Source: Lingula anatina
Lineage: Eukaryota; Animalia; Brachiopoda
NCBI GenBank assembly: GCA_051362555.1
Contig: CM120643.1
Location: 25,548,848-25,612,847 of the forward strand
Reading direction: 5' to 3'
DNA length: 64,000 bases
Part shown: piece after piece, positions 1-31,954 of the stretch
Numbering within the stretch: position 1 is the stretch's first letter
How the letters are laid out: every line of letters begins with the position of its first letter
Translations under genes and position numbers: made by a program
Notes under the pieces: generated by a model
Database searches by the model: none
Seen by the model: only the letters and a program-made list of their open reading frames with translations
Told to the model about the DNA's origin: nothing

Positions 1-311
1 TACTTTGTGAATTCTGGTGATTATTCTATTTCTATGTGGCATCTATCTGTTGTAAAAAAAAAAACTTTTTGAAATAATTATGGTACTTACTATTTGATTT
101 TGTAAAATTTCTATAGGCCCTACAACCAAACTTCAGGTATTAAAAACATTGAATTTTCTTATTTGATATTAACTGTCACTCATTTTGTTTAAAAGGAAAA
201 AATAATAGTCTAATAAGTTGATTATTTCTTTGGTGTCATCTAAGAAACCATTGTTAATGTTGCTATCAAATTCTGCTTAATCACTGATCTTTAACACCAT
301 ATTGTGCTCAG

Positions 312-1571
312 GACATGAGTGAGATCTTCCAACTGACTGGAGATGGTCAAGAAACTGGCCGCGACGGACCCCTGGACGGCCACCTGCTGAGAGAGGAGGA
401 CAGCTGTAGTAGTGTGGACAATGACCCAGACAGAGTCCACCTGGATTTAGATTATGATGACCCCCACAGGTATACACAGGTAAGATTATATGTGGACAGG
501 CGTCAGTGAAGTTGAAGCAAGGCCAGTACATTTTTTAAAAGTTAAAAGTGTATTTAATTACTGTTTACTGTTTCTGCTTTGACTAGAACTATTTTACATG
601 GTTTTAGACAAGATCTGTGATATATGACTATATTCATACTTACACATCTGTTTTTTATACTGCTTTGAAAAAAATATGTATTTTGAAAATGCTCTTGTAA
701 TCTAATTATATTTCCTCATTTAAGTGTATGAAATGAGTAAATGTTTTAATTATTATTATTTCTTTTTTTCAGTCTGATTTTTTTGATAAGAATGTATTAG
801 GAGTGAAAAAGAACCGCCCAGTCAGTGCCGTACAGCAAAGGTCAGGGGACGCAAAGAGGGCACGACCCAAAAGTGCAGGTAAGTCAGCAACGCTGGTCAA
901 CACTGACTCTAAGGTGGATTCAGATGCTGTAGCTGGAGCTTGATTCAGTACAATCACCGGGATTTTATTTTTTAATGATGGTTCATGATTTTTGGAGTAA
1001 TAAAGGAGAACGGTTGTTGTCAGGGGTAAGGGAAATTCTTTTTTAATATGTCCTTCCTGGAGATTGTAGTATTTTTTTTTTTTTTTCAAATAAAATATTT
1101 TCAGTCACTGATATGGAAAGTAAACTGTTTTCCCTTTTGTTTATATTATGAAATTTAAAAAATTAACATGATGATAAATTTTTTTAGCATTATAAAAACT
1201 TTAAAGTTTATGCCAGTATTTCTCATGCACTTTTAGTGATAGCCAGAGGAGAACGACCTCTCAAATATGTAACCACACGTCCAGTCTCCGCCCAAGTTAC
1301 AAATAAACTGAAAAAGGACAAAATCTCAAACGAGAAACAACAAGACAGCAAAAACAGAAATGAAAACAAGCCTAGTCCAGGATCAAAAGACGTTAAAAAA
1401 AGGCGCCCGCCTAGTTTAACGGCCGAACAGCTGGCCATCATACGAAGGCCCGAGTGCGTGGATCAGTTCGAAGAGGACGTGAAACGCATGCACCAGATGG
1501 AGGAGGAAATAAAGAGAGCCACAAAAACCTTGCAGAAGAAACTGGGGATAAGTGGGGATGGAGCCATATAA
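312..1571 (+). CDS. 3' coding exons of an unidentified protein (low-complexity, RPxSA motifs, short C-terminal helix); gene starts upstream of the window
   Basis: Exons 312-479 (ctcag|GAC...CAG|gtaaga), 773-878 (ttcag|TCT...G|gtaagt) and 1237-1571 (tttag|TG...TAA) join in phase: DMSEIFQ...DPHRYTQ-SDFFDKNVLGVKKNRPVSA...RPKSA-VIARGERP...RPVSA...LQKKLGISGDGAI*. A possible 20-nt micro-exon lies at 117-136. AATAAA at 2466-2471. I do not recognise the family. Confidence 0.75.
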
Positions 1572-3752
1572 TGGATGTTACATGATGTCCAGTTATAATG
1601 CATATAGAGAACATGCTAATTATAGGCAACTTGAAGTCTATGTTGTGAGGAACATTCACAGGGTTATAGTGATGTGCATGATGACATTGATGTGTTCAGT
1701 CTAATGTTAAGAAGAAATTATTTACTTTTTATTTCCTGCAAAACCAAAAAAAAATGTTTATTTTATGGATTTTATGAGTTTTATCATCCTGGTGCACTTG
1801 CACTCAAGTTCTTAGTTGAAGTCAGTCTTCTCCTTTATTGTCTACGACTTTTAAAACTTTGATCCGTCCTCATGTAGAATAAACAGCTTCTTCAAGTGAA
1901 AACTCAGAGACAACCTAGTTAAATCCTCACAGATATTGCCAATATGTCATTTTTTTCAAGTGTTGGCCATTAATTAAGATGTTCTAAGTTGTAAAATTGC
2001 TTGGTTCTGGGGAAAAACATATTAATCAGTGCATGCTTCCAGACATTTGTATTGCTATGACGTGATTTCAGTGCATGGTGAATTCTGTCAAAAGATGCTC
2101 AAGGCATGTGCTGTGTATTACTATAATATTTTGTAGTATTAATCTTACCTATTAATAAGGACAATTTGAGCTGTTATAGCAGTTTGTATTCAGAATACAA
2201 CAAGCTGAGTCTTATAAAAAGCAGTCATCCTCAGGTGGTAAACCTCATATTTGAGGATATAGTCACATAGGCCATAGAATGGTGCCTACTGCCTTGTTAA
2301 GTATTTATTTGGAGTTAAACATTTTTCTTTCTTTGTAGCTTGACAGAAGAATGTGCATGTTTAAATGCATAATGGTATAAGTTTGTGCAATCATAAGAGA
2401 GAAGTATCACTTTCCCACCACATTTTTAAAAGATGTCACAATTTTGGTATGCGCCTTGTTGTACAAATAAACATGACTTAATATAAAGTTCTATTTCATT
2501 AATTCAATTCTCAAATGAAGGACAGCATTTCAATGGTTTTACAACATATATTCTTATCCTTGGTATCAATCATTCTCTTAAAAGTACAGCAGAGGATAAA
2601 GTTTATCTTTTTTTTTTTTTTGAAGTTTGTGAGATTTGTGCCAAATTTCGTTTGTATCAAAATTTCTTCAGTTACTGCCCAGTATTTGTTGTCCTTCACA
2701 GATAGATTTTTCTCTAGATATTCACAGCTGTCTCCAACTAATTCTGTACTTTTCTGTACTGAGAGACACCCGGCAGGTGTATAGTATAGATCACTTTTGC
2801 AAGGTTTTATAGAATACATAAAAATATTAACCTAAGACAAGGTTTTATAGAATAAAAAAAATTTCATATAGGCTTAAGAAGTTCAAGTTAATCAAATGGA
2901 TGCAGTCAAAACATCCCTCTATGTGGTTTTAGTTCCAGCAGGGCATTTAAACTGACAATGAAAAACAAATTTCATTAAAAAAATTATTTGGGGGGGGGCA
3001 AGTAAAAAGCAAATGAAAAAAATTAGCACACGCTCCTAGGGTAATGGCAAAGTGAAAAACAAATCACTTCTTAGTTTTGTACTGTTGTTTTATTATCATT
3101 GCCCATTTTCACATTTTGTACCACATATTCAGACAAATTCTACCAAGCACATACTAATTTATGGCAACTATGAATAATACAGTCACGCCTCACTATATCT
3201 AGTTCACATTTTTTTCATCTTCATAATGTTACTGACTCCAACAAACTCCATAAGCTAGGTCCCCAAGCAGATGTACATCTGTTGTATGTGATTAAAAAAC
3301 ATAAAAATTTACAGCTCTGAATAAATGGTTCTGAATTTACAATTATTCACAAAAATTATTCATCTTTCACATCAGAATTGCAGATGATAAGCATTTTAAG
3401 ATTCTATCACTGTACGATGTACTTGCAAATATTTTATTAAAAAAATCCAAACCTTCACTCTTTTTCTTCATATAAAATAGAAAAGTAATTTTGGTCCATG
3501 ATAAAACTATTAATCTAAAAAAATAGATTAAAAAATCATCCAAGAGGTTGAAATCGACTTTGTTGCCACTTCTGCAAGTAAAATTCATTTTTGAGCTTTC
3601 TCGGCCCCTGTCATAATTTTCCATTGAAATATCCATCCGATTCTGTCACTCATATCACTGAATGATGTCAAAACTCAATGGTTGCTTCTGTCATATCATG
3701 GAAGTTATATTTCTTTCATTACAAAAAAACTTTTAGCAGCTTGTTAGATTTA

Positions 3753-22570
<18,818 letters not shown>

Positions 22571-22848
22571 TTTGACAAAGCAGTGAAAACGAATAGTTTT
22601 CCAAGCAACCTATCATTCAAAATTGGCGCTGTGCGAGATCTCGCGAGATGTCTCGCCTACATCATCTTCATGTAACTAGAAGATTAATGCCGTATTTGAC
22701 AACAGTTTATGCTGGAAGTATAAAATAACTAATTCAAATTATTGTGAAAATATTTATTTTGTTATCCTCAATTTTCAGGATCTATACAAAGACATTATTT
22801 TTATGGATGTAAGCACCTAATTTTCTGACGTCACTCATTTTCCGCAAA
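22571..22848. promoter_or_regulatory. Bidirectional promoter shared by KIF15 and DNAJA2
   Basis: Only 278 bp separate the divergent ATGs. Contains CHR TTTGAA (- strand, 22616-22621) preceded by AGCGCCAAT, the palindrome TCTCGCGAGA (22639-22648) with flanking half-sites, and CRE TGACGTCA (22826-22833). CpG is locally enriched. Confidence 0.85.
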
Positions 22849-25800
22849 ATGGCTGATGTAGATTTGTACAAAATACTTGGCGTTTCAAAAACCGCCTCAG
22901 ATAGTGAAATCAAAAAGGTAAGTTGATATCGAGTTGGCACCAGTGACAAGACAGCGTGTTTTTACAGCGCTTTATGTTGTTTTCCATCAGAATGAGATGT
23001 TTTCCCATTAATATACATTTGTTCACAGTCTTTCATTTTGGACAAAGCACGCGGAGATTGTCGGACTCGCTTTGAAATTAGAATAAAGGGGAATTTTGCA
23101 ATATCATCTGAAGATGGCTCTATCTGTTTCCATTACTTTCAGGCACAATAGTGAAGTCCCTAAATTCTTAAGAAGAAGGATTGTAAAATGAAATGTCTGA
23201 GATTCGTAATATTTGATTTTTCATAATTTTCCTTAATTTTCTTTGAACATTTGTTCACTAGGACATTTTATACAATGACTAAGACTGAAATTCGAAACAA
23301 ACTCAGGTTTCTTATGTAACTCGTAATTTTTTAATATTTTAATTTGAAAATGACACAAAAGGGTGAGCACATGACCTCTCATCTCTGATCCCATGTCACT
23401 TCACACATTGGGCCAAGTCATCTTTTATCAACCATTTAGTGATAAATTATGTATTGGGTGTTGTTCTGAAACTGGAATTAGTTTTTAATATGTCTTTTGC
23501 TAGATAAATGGAGCTTCCAAAGGCAGCATTTTAGTCTTCCATGCCCTGTATTAACCTGCACAAAAGAACTTTGTTAAAATGCCAAAAAAAAAAGACACTT
23601 TCAAGATAGCTTAAAGGGGGGGAGGGGGGGGGGCACACGTTGATGCTCATCCAGGACACACAGCAGCTTGTACACTCCTTGTCCCTAAGAAAGGGAATTA
23701 GTTCCTGATATGCCTAGAATTAGTACAAATTGAAAGTTGAATTTTTAAGTACGTTTTAACCTACACAGTAAAACATTGTAGAAATGGTTGAAAAACAATT
23801 CAGTTTTATTGGACACTTAATTGTAGGCTGCTAGGGGAAGGGAAGATGGAAAGAGAGAGTGAAAGAACAGGAAAAGAGACGTCTGCCACACTCACTCATT
23901 GTCTCTAATAATAACTACGGTAGTGCTTTCATTTTCGTGTGATTGAAGTATAAATCAGATGCCACAAGCCCAGACAGTGGTTATGATCAGTCTGTCAGGA
24001 AATGGTGCTGCAGTTGAAATCATCTTTATGGCTCCTCATATGTATTTTATTTTAATCTTGGCGAGATTTAACTGTGGTTTGTCAACTGTAATGCATAATT
24101 TATTATGATAATGTTGACATTTAAATAAAAGAAAACTATTTAAATGTTAGTCATGCTACATCAGCTTCCTAAATGATCTTAGTTTTTTATGAGGGTCATT
24201 TAAAAAAATAGTGAATTCAACAAGACTTGAAATTATTCACAATACAAGGCAATCACTATAAAATTATCACCCCTTAATGTTAAAATGATTTGATTGTTTT
24301 TGTTTACAAGATCGTGTATCTGCTATTTGATTATTTTCATATCAGGATTTAGAATAGGGAATTGAAAAATACTTCAAACATCGACCTTACTGTGAATGCA
24401 GATTAAGTGCTATACTCTTAATATTATAGTATATTTCATGCCTTTATGCATAAATACTGTAAAAAAAAAAACCAATAGGGAAAAAATCATGAGGGGAAAA
24501 TCAATAATTGCACAGCTAAGTGACTATTTTCTCAATGTATCCTCTATCTGAGAGTGCAGTATGCCTTTTATACACTAACAGATTAATTATATGCCTCAAG
24601 TTTTTGCTATAAAAGCCTAAAAGTTTTTTCCCTGAACTCTGACCATGTCAGCAATGGAGTACTTTTGTACAAGGAAATCTTCTGATTTACATCATGACAC
24701 ATGTGACTGTAGATCAGATTTCCCTGTGTGCGTGGGGAAAATATTACAATATTACAAAGGGCAGGCAAATGTTATTGCTGCTTAAGCTATTCCTAATTTA
24801 CGCTAATGCCTATCTTGTAAGATGCAGAGGTAAACTTCTACTGCCAAGTAATATGTGGAGAAGGAAATCTAATTTTATGGTAATAGAAAAGATGATATGC
24901 CAGTCTTCTGAAGTGGGACTAACAAAATATGCTCAGAGGAACCTCAAAACAAAAGAGCTGAAAGAGATAGTTTGTCTAAATTTCAAGATGGAACATTTCA
25001 GTTAGATTCAATCTAGGATAAATGTTCAATAGACAACAAAAAAAAAGTATTAGGTGTAAATAGTCCTTATTTATGTTGATGAGTGTTTCTCGGTAAACAG
25101 CATTCTGGCATCTTTTAATTGTGATTATTTCATTAAGATATAACAAATGATACAAAATGGCCTGGTAAATGAGTTTAATATTTATTTCTTATCTGCAGCT
25201 TTTCTGTCTCTGAAGTTAAAACTTAAAAATATATCCTGGTAAATTGTAATATTCTGTGATGTTCAGTTTTACATGTTTGCAGGCATACCACAAACTAGCC
25301 AAAACTTACCATCCTGACAAGAACCCAGAAGCAGGAGAAAAGGTACAGCCGTTACTCTTGTTCTTTTGCTAGGTGCAAAGAGCTATTAGAATCACTTACT
25401 AGTTAATCTTGGCCTGTTGTATTTTTGATATTACAAAAAAGCCTTTTTAAACCGATTTGTCCAATAACTCTGACACATGATGTAAAAGATTTGGCTGATT
25501 AACCTCTTAAAGCTTTTCGTCTTTTAATAAACAGATATTTGTTGGTTGGCAAGATATGAGAAGTGATTTTAGCTAATGTAATGTATAATATTGAATATAA
25601 TATCTTTTCTCTTGCAGTTTAAAGAGATCAGTTTTGCCTATGAAGTTCTGTCCAATCCAGAGAAGCGAGAAATTTACGACCGTCATGGAATGCAGGGTCT
25701 TAAAGAGGGAACTGGCGGGGGTGGGGGTGAGTTCAGAGAAGCTGATTGACATGATCTATTTTAACTGTCTGAACTGTAATAGTTGAACTGATGAACCAGT

Positions 25801-28800
25801 GAAACTAGTGCTCAATAAGTCGAAAAACAACAGTGCTGAAAATGTAAAGAGCATTATTGATTATCTCTGAAGTTGTCTAATAATGTGATGATAATGAGTG
25901 GAGAAGTGTGAAATAATTCCATTCCCTTTTCCTCATAAAGAAATATATAAAATTAAAATACAGTAATAATTATGATAAAATAATGTGTATACATGTATTA
26001 TTATCGTGTGATCATCTCCGTTTTAGGTTTCCCAGATATATTCTCCGATTTGTTTGGTGGATTCTTTGGCATGGGGGGTATGGGTGGGGTGAGAGGGGGG
26101 ATGGGGGGGAGAGGAAGGAGAAGAGGAGAGGATACATACCATCCACTGAGGTAAAAAGAAAAAGAAAAAATGTTTGGTAGCCTTTTGAGTGAAGGGACAG
26201 TCACTGATATCAGGTTTTCAGTCATTTTAACGGTTGAGTTTTATTGTCACTTTGTTATCCAGCTGTCAGCCCAATTTTCAAGTACCTGAGTCAAAAATCT
26301 CAAGTTAACAAACAAATGTCGTCATTTGATGATGATATCTCTATCTGCATTTAGTAAAAGCAATAACTAATATAGATTAAGACGTTTTACTCTGTTGTCT
26401 TGTCTTTGATTGCATTGTGTTGATTTCCATTTCAGGGTTTCTTTAGAGGATTTATATAACGGAACAACAAAGAAATTACAACTTAGTAAAACTGTTATAT
26501 GTAAAAAATGTAATGGGTAAGTGTAAATGTGGTATTTTCTTGGTTTTAAGAAAAAGTCTTGAAAGTGTTGTGATAAAATGCTTATTGTTGTCACCTAAGT
26601 GCTCTTAATTATTAATCTTCTATAAAACTAGCAGTGTTTTTAGATACACCAACATACTAAGTACACTAAAATTGTATCAAAATGCATCTGGTTTAGAGTA
26701 GAAGGCTGTAAACAGTTAAGAGTGTTGTTTAATACCTTGCTGTCTGTGAAGACGGCCTCGTTAGACTGCAGACTTTTACGAAATTTAACTGATGTTGTCT
26801 TTGTCTTCCAGTCAAGGTGGTAAACCAGGTGCTCTCCAGAACTGTACAGTGTGTCACGGGCGCGGCGTGAAGGTGACACTAAGACAGCTGGGACCAGGGA
26901 TGGTCCAACAGTTGCAGACAATTTGTCCACAGTGTCACGGAGAAGGTGGGTGGAGAGCTGCTGCCTTGACGGATGGCCTTGTTACTTTTAGGGATGGATT
27001 GTGATTTGTGTGGGTGTGAAATGGGAGAACCACATTGTTCTTCAAATCAAGACTATTGCAAATGCTATAGTCTCCTGTATGTTACTTAAAATGTCCAAAC
27101 TTCCACTGAAATATTGGGTGCATATCATTTATTTGTATTTAACATATTAAATTTTCTGCAGTTTTTTTTTTTTTTTTTTTAGTTTAAAAAAATCATGCAG
27201 TGAATTTGTTTATTCATTTTCCTTTCGTATTGATAGCCTTACTTTTGTAAATCAGGTGAAATGATAAATGAAAAAGACAGGTGTAAGGAATGCAAGGGAA
27301 AGAAAGTTAGCCAAGAAACCAAGATTCTGGAGGTTCACGTAGACAAAGGAATGAAGGACGGACAGAAGATACCATTCAGAGGAGAGGGTGACCAGACGGT
27401 AAGAGCTCCTACCCACAAGTCATTAACACACCTCCTCTTGTTACCAACATACTGGTACAATCAACAGCTTTTCTTTGTTCTACTTGATGCCAGGAGGAGG
27501 ACTGTTAATATGTTAATCTGATTGTATTCTGTCAGAGTCATCATGGAGCTGCATCACTCTACATAGACGGATGGTTTCGTTGGGAATGAGCCAAGTGTCT
27601 TTGTTGACTTCCAAATGTTATATTTTCACTAGCATAAAGCTTATTAATGACTGATTACTTGCAGCTTTACAGGAAGGCTGAATGGCTGTATATGCCAGCG
27701 TGAGATATATTCTTCCAGTTTGACTCTTTTGACATCCTGAGTCAGAGTTGGTCTTGTTTTCTTCCATGAACATTGTTTTAGATTCTTTAGGCACCAAAAT
27801 GTAAGAGACTGGACTAAAAAATATGTAAATAATGCAGAATTAAGATTAATTAAATAAGATAAATAGAATTAAGAAATACATATAAGTAAATGAATCACAT
27901 CTGATGGATTTTTTTCAGCCCGGCATGGAAGCAGGAGATGTGGTCATCGTGCTACAGCTCAAAGACCATGAAACTTTCACAAGGAACGGAGCTGACCTCT
28001 ACTGCTCACACAAGATAGGCATCACTGAGGCCTTGTGTGGCTTTGAGTTTGTACTGAAGCACCTGGACAACAGGGAGTTGGTGATCAAACACCCCCAGGG
28101 ACAGGTGATAGAGCCTGGTAGGTGATACAGTTCATCCACCCCCTATCAATCCCCCCCCCCCCCCCCCCTCCAACAAAAAAAATAATTAAAATTTGCCAAA
28201 TGCTGTGGAGAATCCAAAATATCTGATTCTTATGGGGGTATTTTGAATTGGTATGAATGATTGAAAGAAAAAAGTTTTCTGACTCTAGAGGTAGACCTAA
28301 ATTCGCTGTCATGAATTCTGATTAGTATGATGTAGGTGTGGCTGGTACATGCTCTAGAATTTTAAAATGAAGTTAAGGAAGATATCTATTGGAATTATGG
28401 TTGTACTGGATGGTAGTTAAGAGGAAATAAATCATCATTCTAATTATAAATTTCAATCATTTGAATATTCATCTAATGATATTAGCATGTCAATCTTTAA
28501 AAAAAAAAATTAAAATTTATGACACAGAACATTAATTGATAGATTAAATGTCGAGTTAAAAACCAGTTTCACTTTCTATTCCAGGCTCCATGAAGGCAGT
28601 GATTGGTGAGGGGATGCCACATCACAGGAATCCCTTTGAGAAAGGAAATCTTTATATTAAATTTGAGATCACATTCCCCACAAATGGTTTCTTGAAAGGG
28701 GATGAACTTAAGGTGAGCCAAGTCTTGTTTGGTTCCTAAAACCTAGCTGAAAAGTCTTCAAAATGAAGCAAATTGTGTGAATTATAAGTTTAAGGGTCAA

Positions 28801-29276
28801 ATGCGGTGAATAAATGGAGCTTGAAAATGCAATTGATGCATTGTTTTAAGTGAATGGAAAAAGTGAATTTAAATTCAACAATATAAGAGAGAATATGTCC
28901 ACAAAATATTTTTCCATAGAATATTCCATGAGAAAAAAAAATGTCTTCAAGTTGATTTCTTTTATTTTGTGATAATCATCAAATGCAATATGTAGAAACG
29001 TGATTTATTTGTGCTGAAATTATATTTTAAAGAAGAAAACTTTCTCACTACCAAACTGGACAGTACTTTCCTTTTGCATTTCAGAAATTGGAAAAATTGC
29101 TCCCAGCGCGGCCTCCATTTCACGCTCCTACCGGAGAACATGTGGAGGAAGTGGACCTGGTGGAATATGATGCCTCCAAAATGGGCGGAGCAGGAAGGCA
29201 GGGAGAGGCGTACGAATCGGACGATGATGATGAAGGAGGACACGGAGGACCTCGGGTGCAGTGTGCACATCAATAA
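22849..29276 (+). CDS. DNAJA2: DnaJ/Hsp40 subfamily A member 2, 10 coding exons, 412 aa
   Basis: Exons 22849-22917, 25283-25342, 25618-25726, 26027-26150, 26436-26516, 26812-26945, 27256-27398, 27919-28117, 28585-28712 and 29085-29276 join in phase (1239 nt). J-domain with HPD (YHPDKNP), G/F region, four CxxCxGx repeats ([32 protein letters not shown]), and C-terminal CaaX CAHQ as in DNAJA2. Confidence 0.95.
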
Positions 29277-30373
29277 CGTGAAATTCTGTTCTAGGAATAC
29301 TTTGAGGATTAGGTAATAAAGACATCTTTGATGAGGATGGTATTTAATGATAATTTAATAACACAATGATTACAGGATTTTATGACAAGCTTGTGCTGGA
29401 TGGAGGCGCCATCTACAAGTCTCATTTAGTTGAGATAGTGGAGGAGGATAATGGAATTCTGTTCTGAGATTTTACCATGCAATAGAAATAGAGTGAATTG
29501 AAGCTTGTTTTTTCCCTAAGAGTCAACCAAAGGAGGACTTCATATTTAGAATCATCTACTTTATATACTTCCTCTGACTACATGGATTGGGGAAGATAAT
29601 TACCTGGGAGTTGGATTTAAAACTGAATCTAAAACAGAAACCTGAAAGTGGACGTGAACTTTATGTATCAAGTGCTTTCATTAGTGGAGGACGTGTTGAT
29701 GATACACATTAAGCTGGAAAGCAGTGACTTTTCTTTCAGATAACACATACCTGTTGTTTTGTTTCTCTTCCTACTTGCTTGCCCTCCCTCTCCCCTCCCC
29801 CCCTCTCTCTCTCTCTCATTGCTTACACAAAAGTTTTTTGTCTCAAAAACTGTGAATTGCATGTCAATAGGTTGTCATGGTATGTTCCATAATGGAAACT
29901 TTGTCACTAATTTTTTCAAAAAATTCTGTTCGCCCTGGGTTTTACCGGTGATGCACCCGACCAGTTCTACAGATCGTAGATAAAATTTTCTATCATTTTG
30001 CAAATTGAGGCAATTTTCCACAAAGGTTCTATGTGGTCCAAAGTTTGGGTGGATATTTTTTGCTACACAGGTAACTAAAGTATCTAAAAAATATCCTAGA
30101 AACCAAGTTGCTAACATATACCTAACACCGTTGAATAATGATGATGCTACAATTCAAATCTTTACTAAATAGTTAATGTGCTTATATGTACGATGCCGTG
30201 AAGTGAAGTGCTATTTAAACTGTTACAGGGGGTGTGATGGGATGAAATGACACAGATATTCATTTGCCATTTTACGGGACAATGTGTGTATTATATGTGT
30301 ATAGTTCACAATATTTAAGAATCACTTGTCTGCAAAAGTCATTGAATGAATTGTATTCCTTTTTATTATTGGA

Positions 30374-30379
30374 AATAAA
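30374..30379 (+). terminator. Probable DNAJA2 polyadenylation signal
   Basis: AATAAA about 1.1 kb after the stop, preceded by TGTA/U-rich sequence. Other AATAAA hexamers occur near 29315 and 30421. Confidence 0.5.
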
Positions 30380-30555
30380 CTAAATATGCTTGATCCATGC
30401 CTACATATTACATCTTTTCCAATAAAATCATTTACAGACCATTATCCTGCTATGACACTGCTACCCAAAAGCAATTTGTGTAACGGGAGGTTATTTTTGA
30501 AGGTGGGGAGGGGGCATCTTCCTCGGGAAATGGAACTAACTTGTCACTTGTCACT

Positions 30556-31358
30556 GCGGTTTACAACAGGTGTGTTTTAGTTCAAGGGACACCCTAAGAA
30601 GATGGAATAATAAAAAAATGTGTAATTGCTGGTGCGATTTCCATTGAAGCAGTTGAAGCGACGAATAAATTTTAGTAAAACATAATTGGCAAATAATTCC
30701 GCGTAGAAGGTATAGTTTTTCTGCTGAACACGGTTAACAGGTATCAATTCAATTTCGGTCGTGTCGCTTTCAGTGATGGGTCTGCGTGGAAAGTTCCCAG
30801 TAAGATGAACTTCAGATGCTTTTATTTTCATTCTGTTTTGCACTGAGATAACGTTTGGTTTCACCTTTGACGTTATGGAGCACGAGGTCCACAGCTGTTC
30901 ACACCTGGGCGGTTTTAGTATTGAGTAGTCTTTACTCTTTCAAATGTCGACTGCGGACTTGCCACGGGTTCTGTATGAACATATGAACGGTCTTTAGAAA
31001 CAAGGGCCCAAGATAGCACAGTTATGCCTGTTAAAAGCAAAAGAGGCGACGGAACTTTTGAAAAAAATAAAAAAATTCTCTCTGATAATCTCACCGAGAT
31101 GATGGCACATTTTGATGAAATGCAGTACATACGGAGTTAGCTATGGCTCAACTGAAGTTCAAGATCTGTGGCACCAATATAAGGACTTTTAAGTGAAAAG
31201 AAAGGAAATATTATATTGACCACGCAGACTTTATATTCTAAAGACCAGCAATATGTTCGTTTTAAATCGACCACTTAATGTTAACTTTCTTAAGTATACC
31301 GTATTTTTATGCAAAAGGTAATTTGCTAGGACCCACGAGAGCCCACATTCGTTCTCGT
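30556..31358. repeat. About 0.8-kb direct repeat, copy 1
   Basis: Aligns nearly base for base, with several indels, to 31955-32788. This explains the twin ORFs at 30915-31130 and 32322-32558. Confidence 0.92.
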
Positions 31359-31403
31359 GACATCCCGATTCAGGGGCCCAGTGGTTGTCGTGCTGGAGTG
31401 ACG

Positions 31404-31508
31404 TGCCTCATCTGGGATTCGAACTCGTGATTCGCGTTACCATCGTTGATGACGCTTTGGATTGCCTATTTGCATCCATGCACGCTACCGACTGCGCCGT
31501 GAAAGACC
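31404..31508 (-). mobile_element. tRNA-derived SINE head (Pol III A and B boxes)
   Basis: The - strand reads GGTCTTTCACGGCGCAGTCGGTAGCG (A-box-like) ... CGAGTTCGAATCCC (B-box, 31414-31426) AGATGAGGCA. The A-B spacing is too long and the stems too imperfect for a canonical tRNA. Confidence 0.6.
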
Positions 31509-31954
31509 CGCCCACCCTCCCTACTTACGAGTTTCCTCTTATAGTAATCAATCGCAATTTTTTTTTAAATAAAGTCTGCCCAAAAAGGACATTTACTTCT
31601 ACTGGGACTCCAACCAGTCTACGAGTGTCTGCCGGTATCCTAGTCAGCAAAGCCACCACGGAGCCACGGTAGCTTCGTTGATACACGACGATCAGATGGA
31701 AACTTTCTACCTTGTCACATAAAGGGCCAGATTGGGTGCACATGTATATATCTGTTGACCCAATCGATAATCCGGGTGCCGTATTTCATCAAACTCAACC
31801 CCAGTCCTCGACCATGGTTTATCATGAACGGCAAATTCCATGATGTACAGGAAGCCGTGTTTGAGAACCCGACACGGAGCTCGGACTTTGATTTATGCTT
31901 AGATTAATAATTTTGGCTATACCTATGATATTAAAGAGTACAATAGGATCAGAA

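Noticed and set aside
3089-3752. CPE-like UUUUAAU motifs in the KIF15 3'UTR
   Set aside because: Expected by chance in sequence this AT-rich.
31404-31508. Functional tRNA gene
   Set aside because: The acceptor and anticodon stems do not form a canonical cloverleaf; treated as a SINE head.
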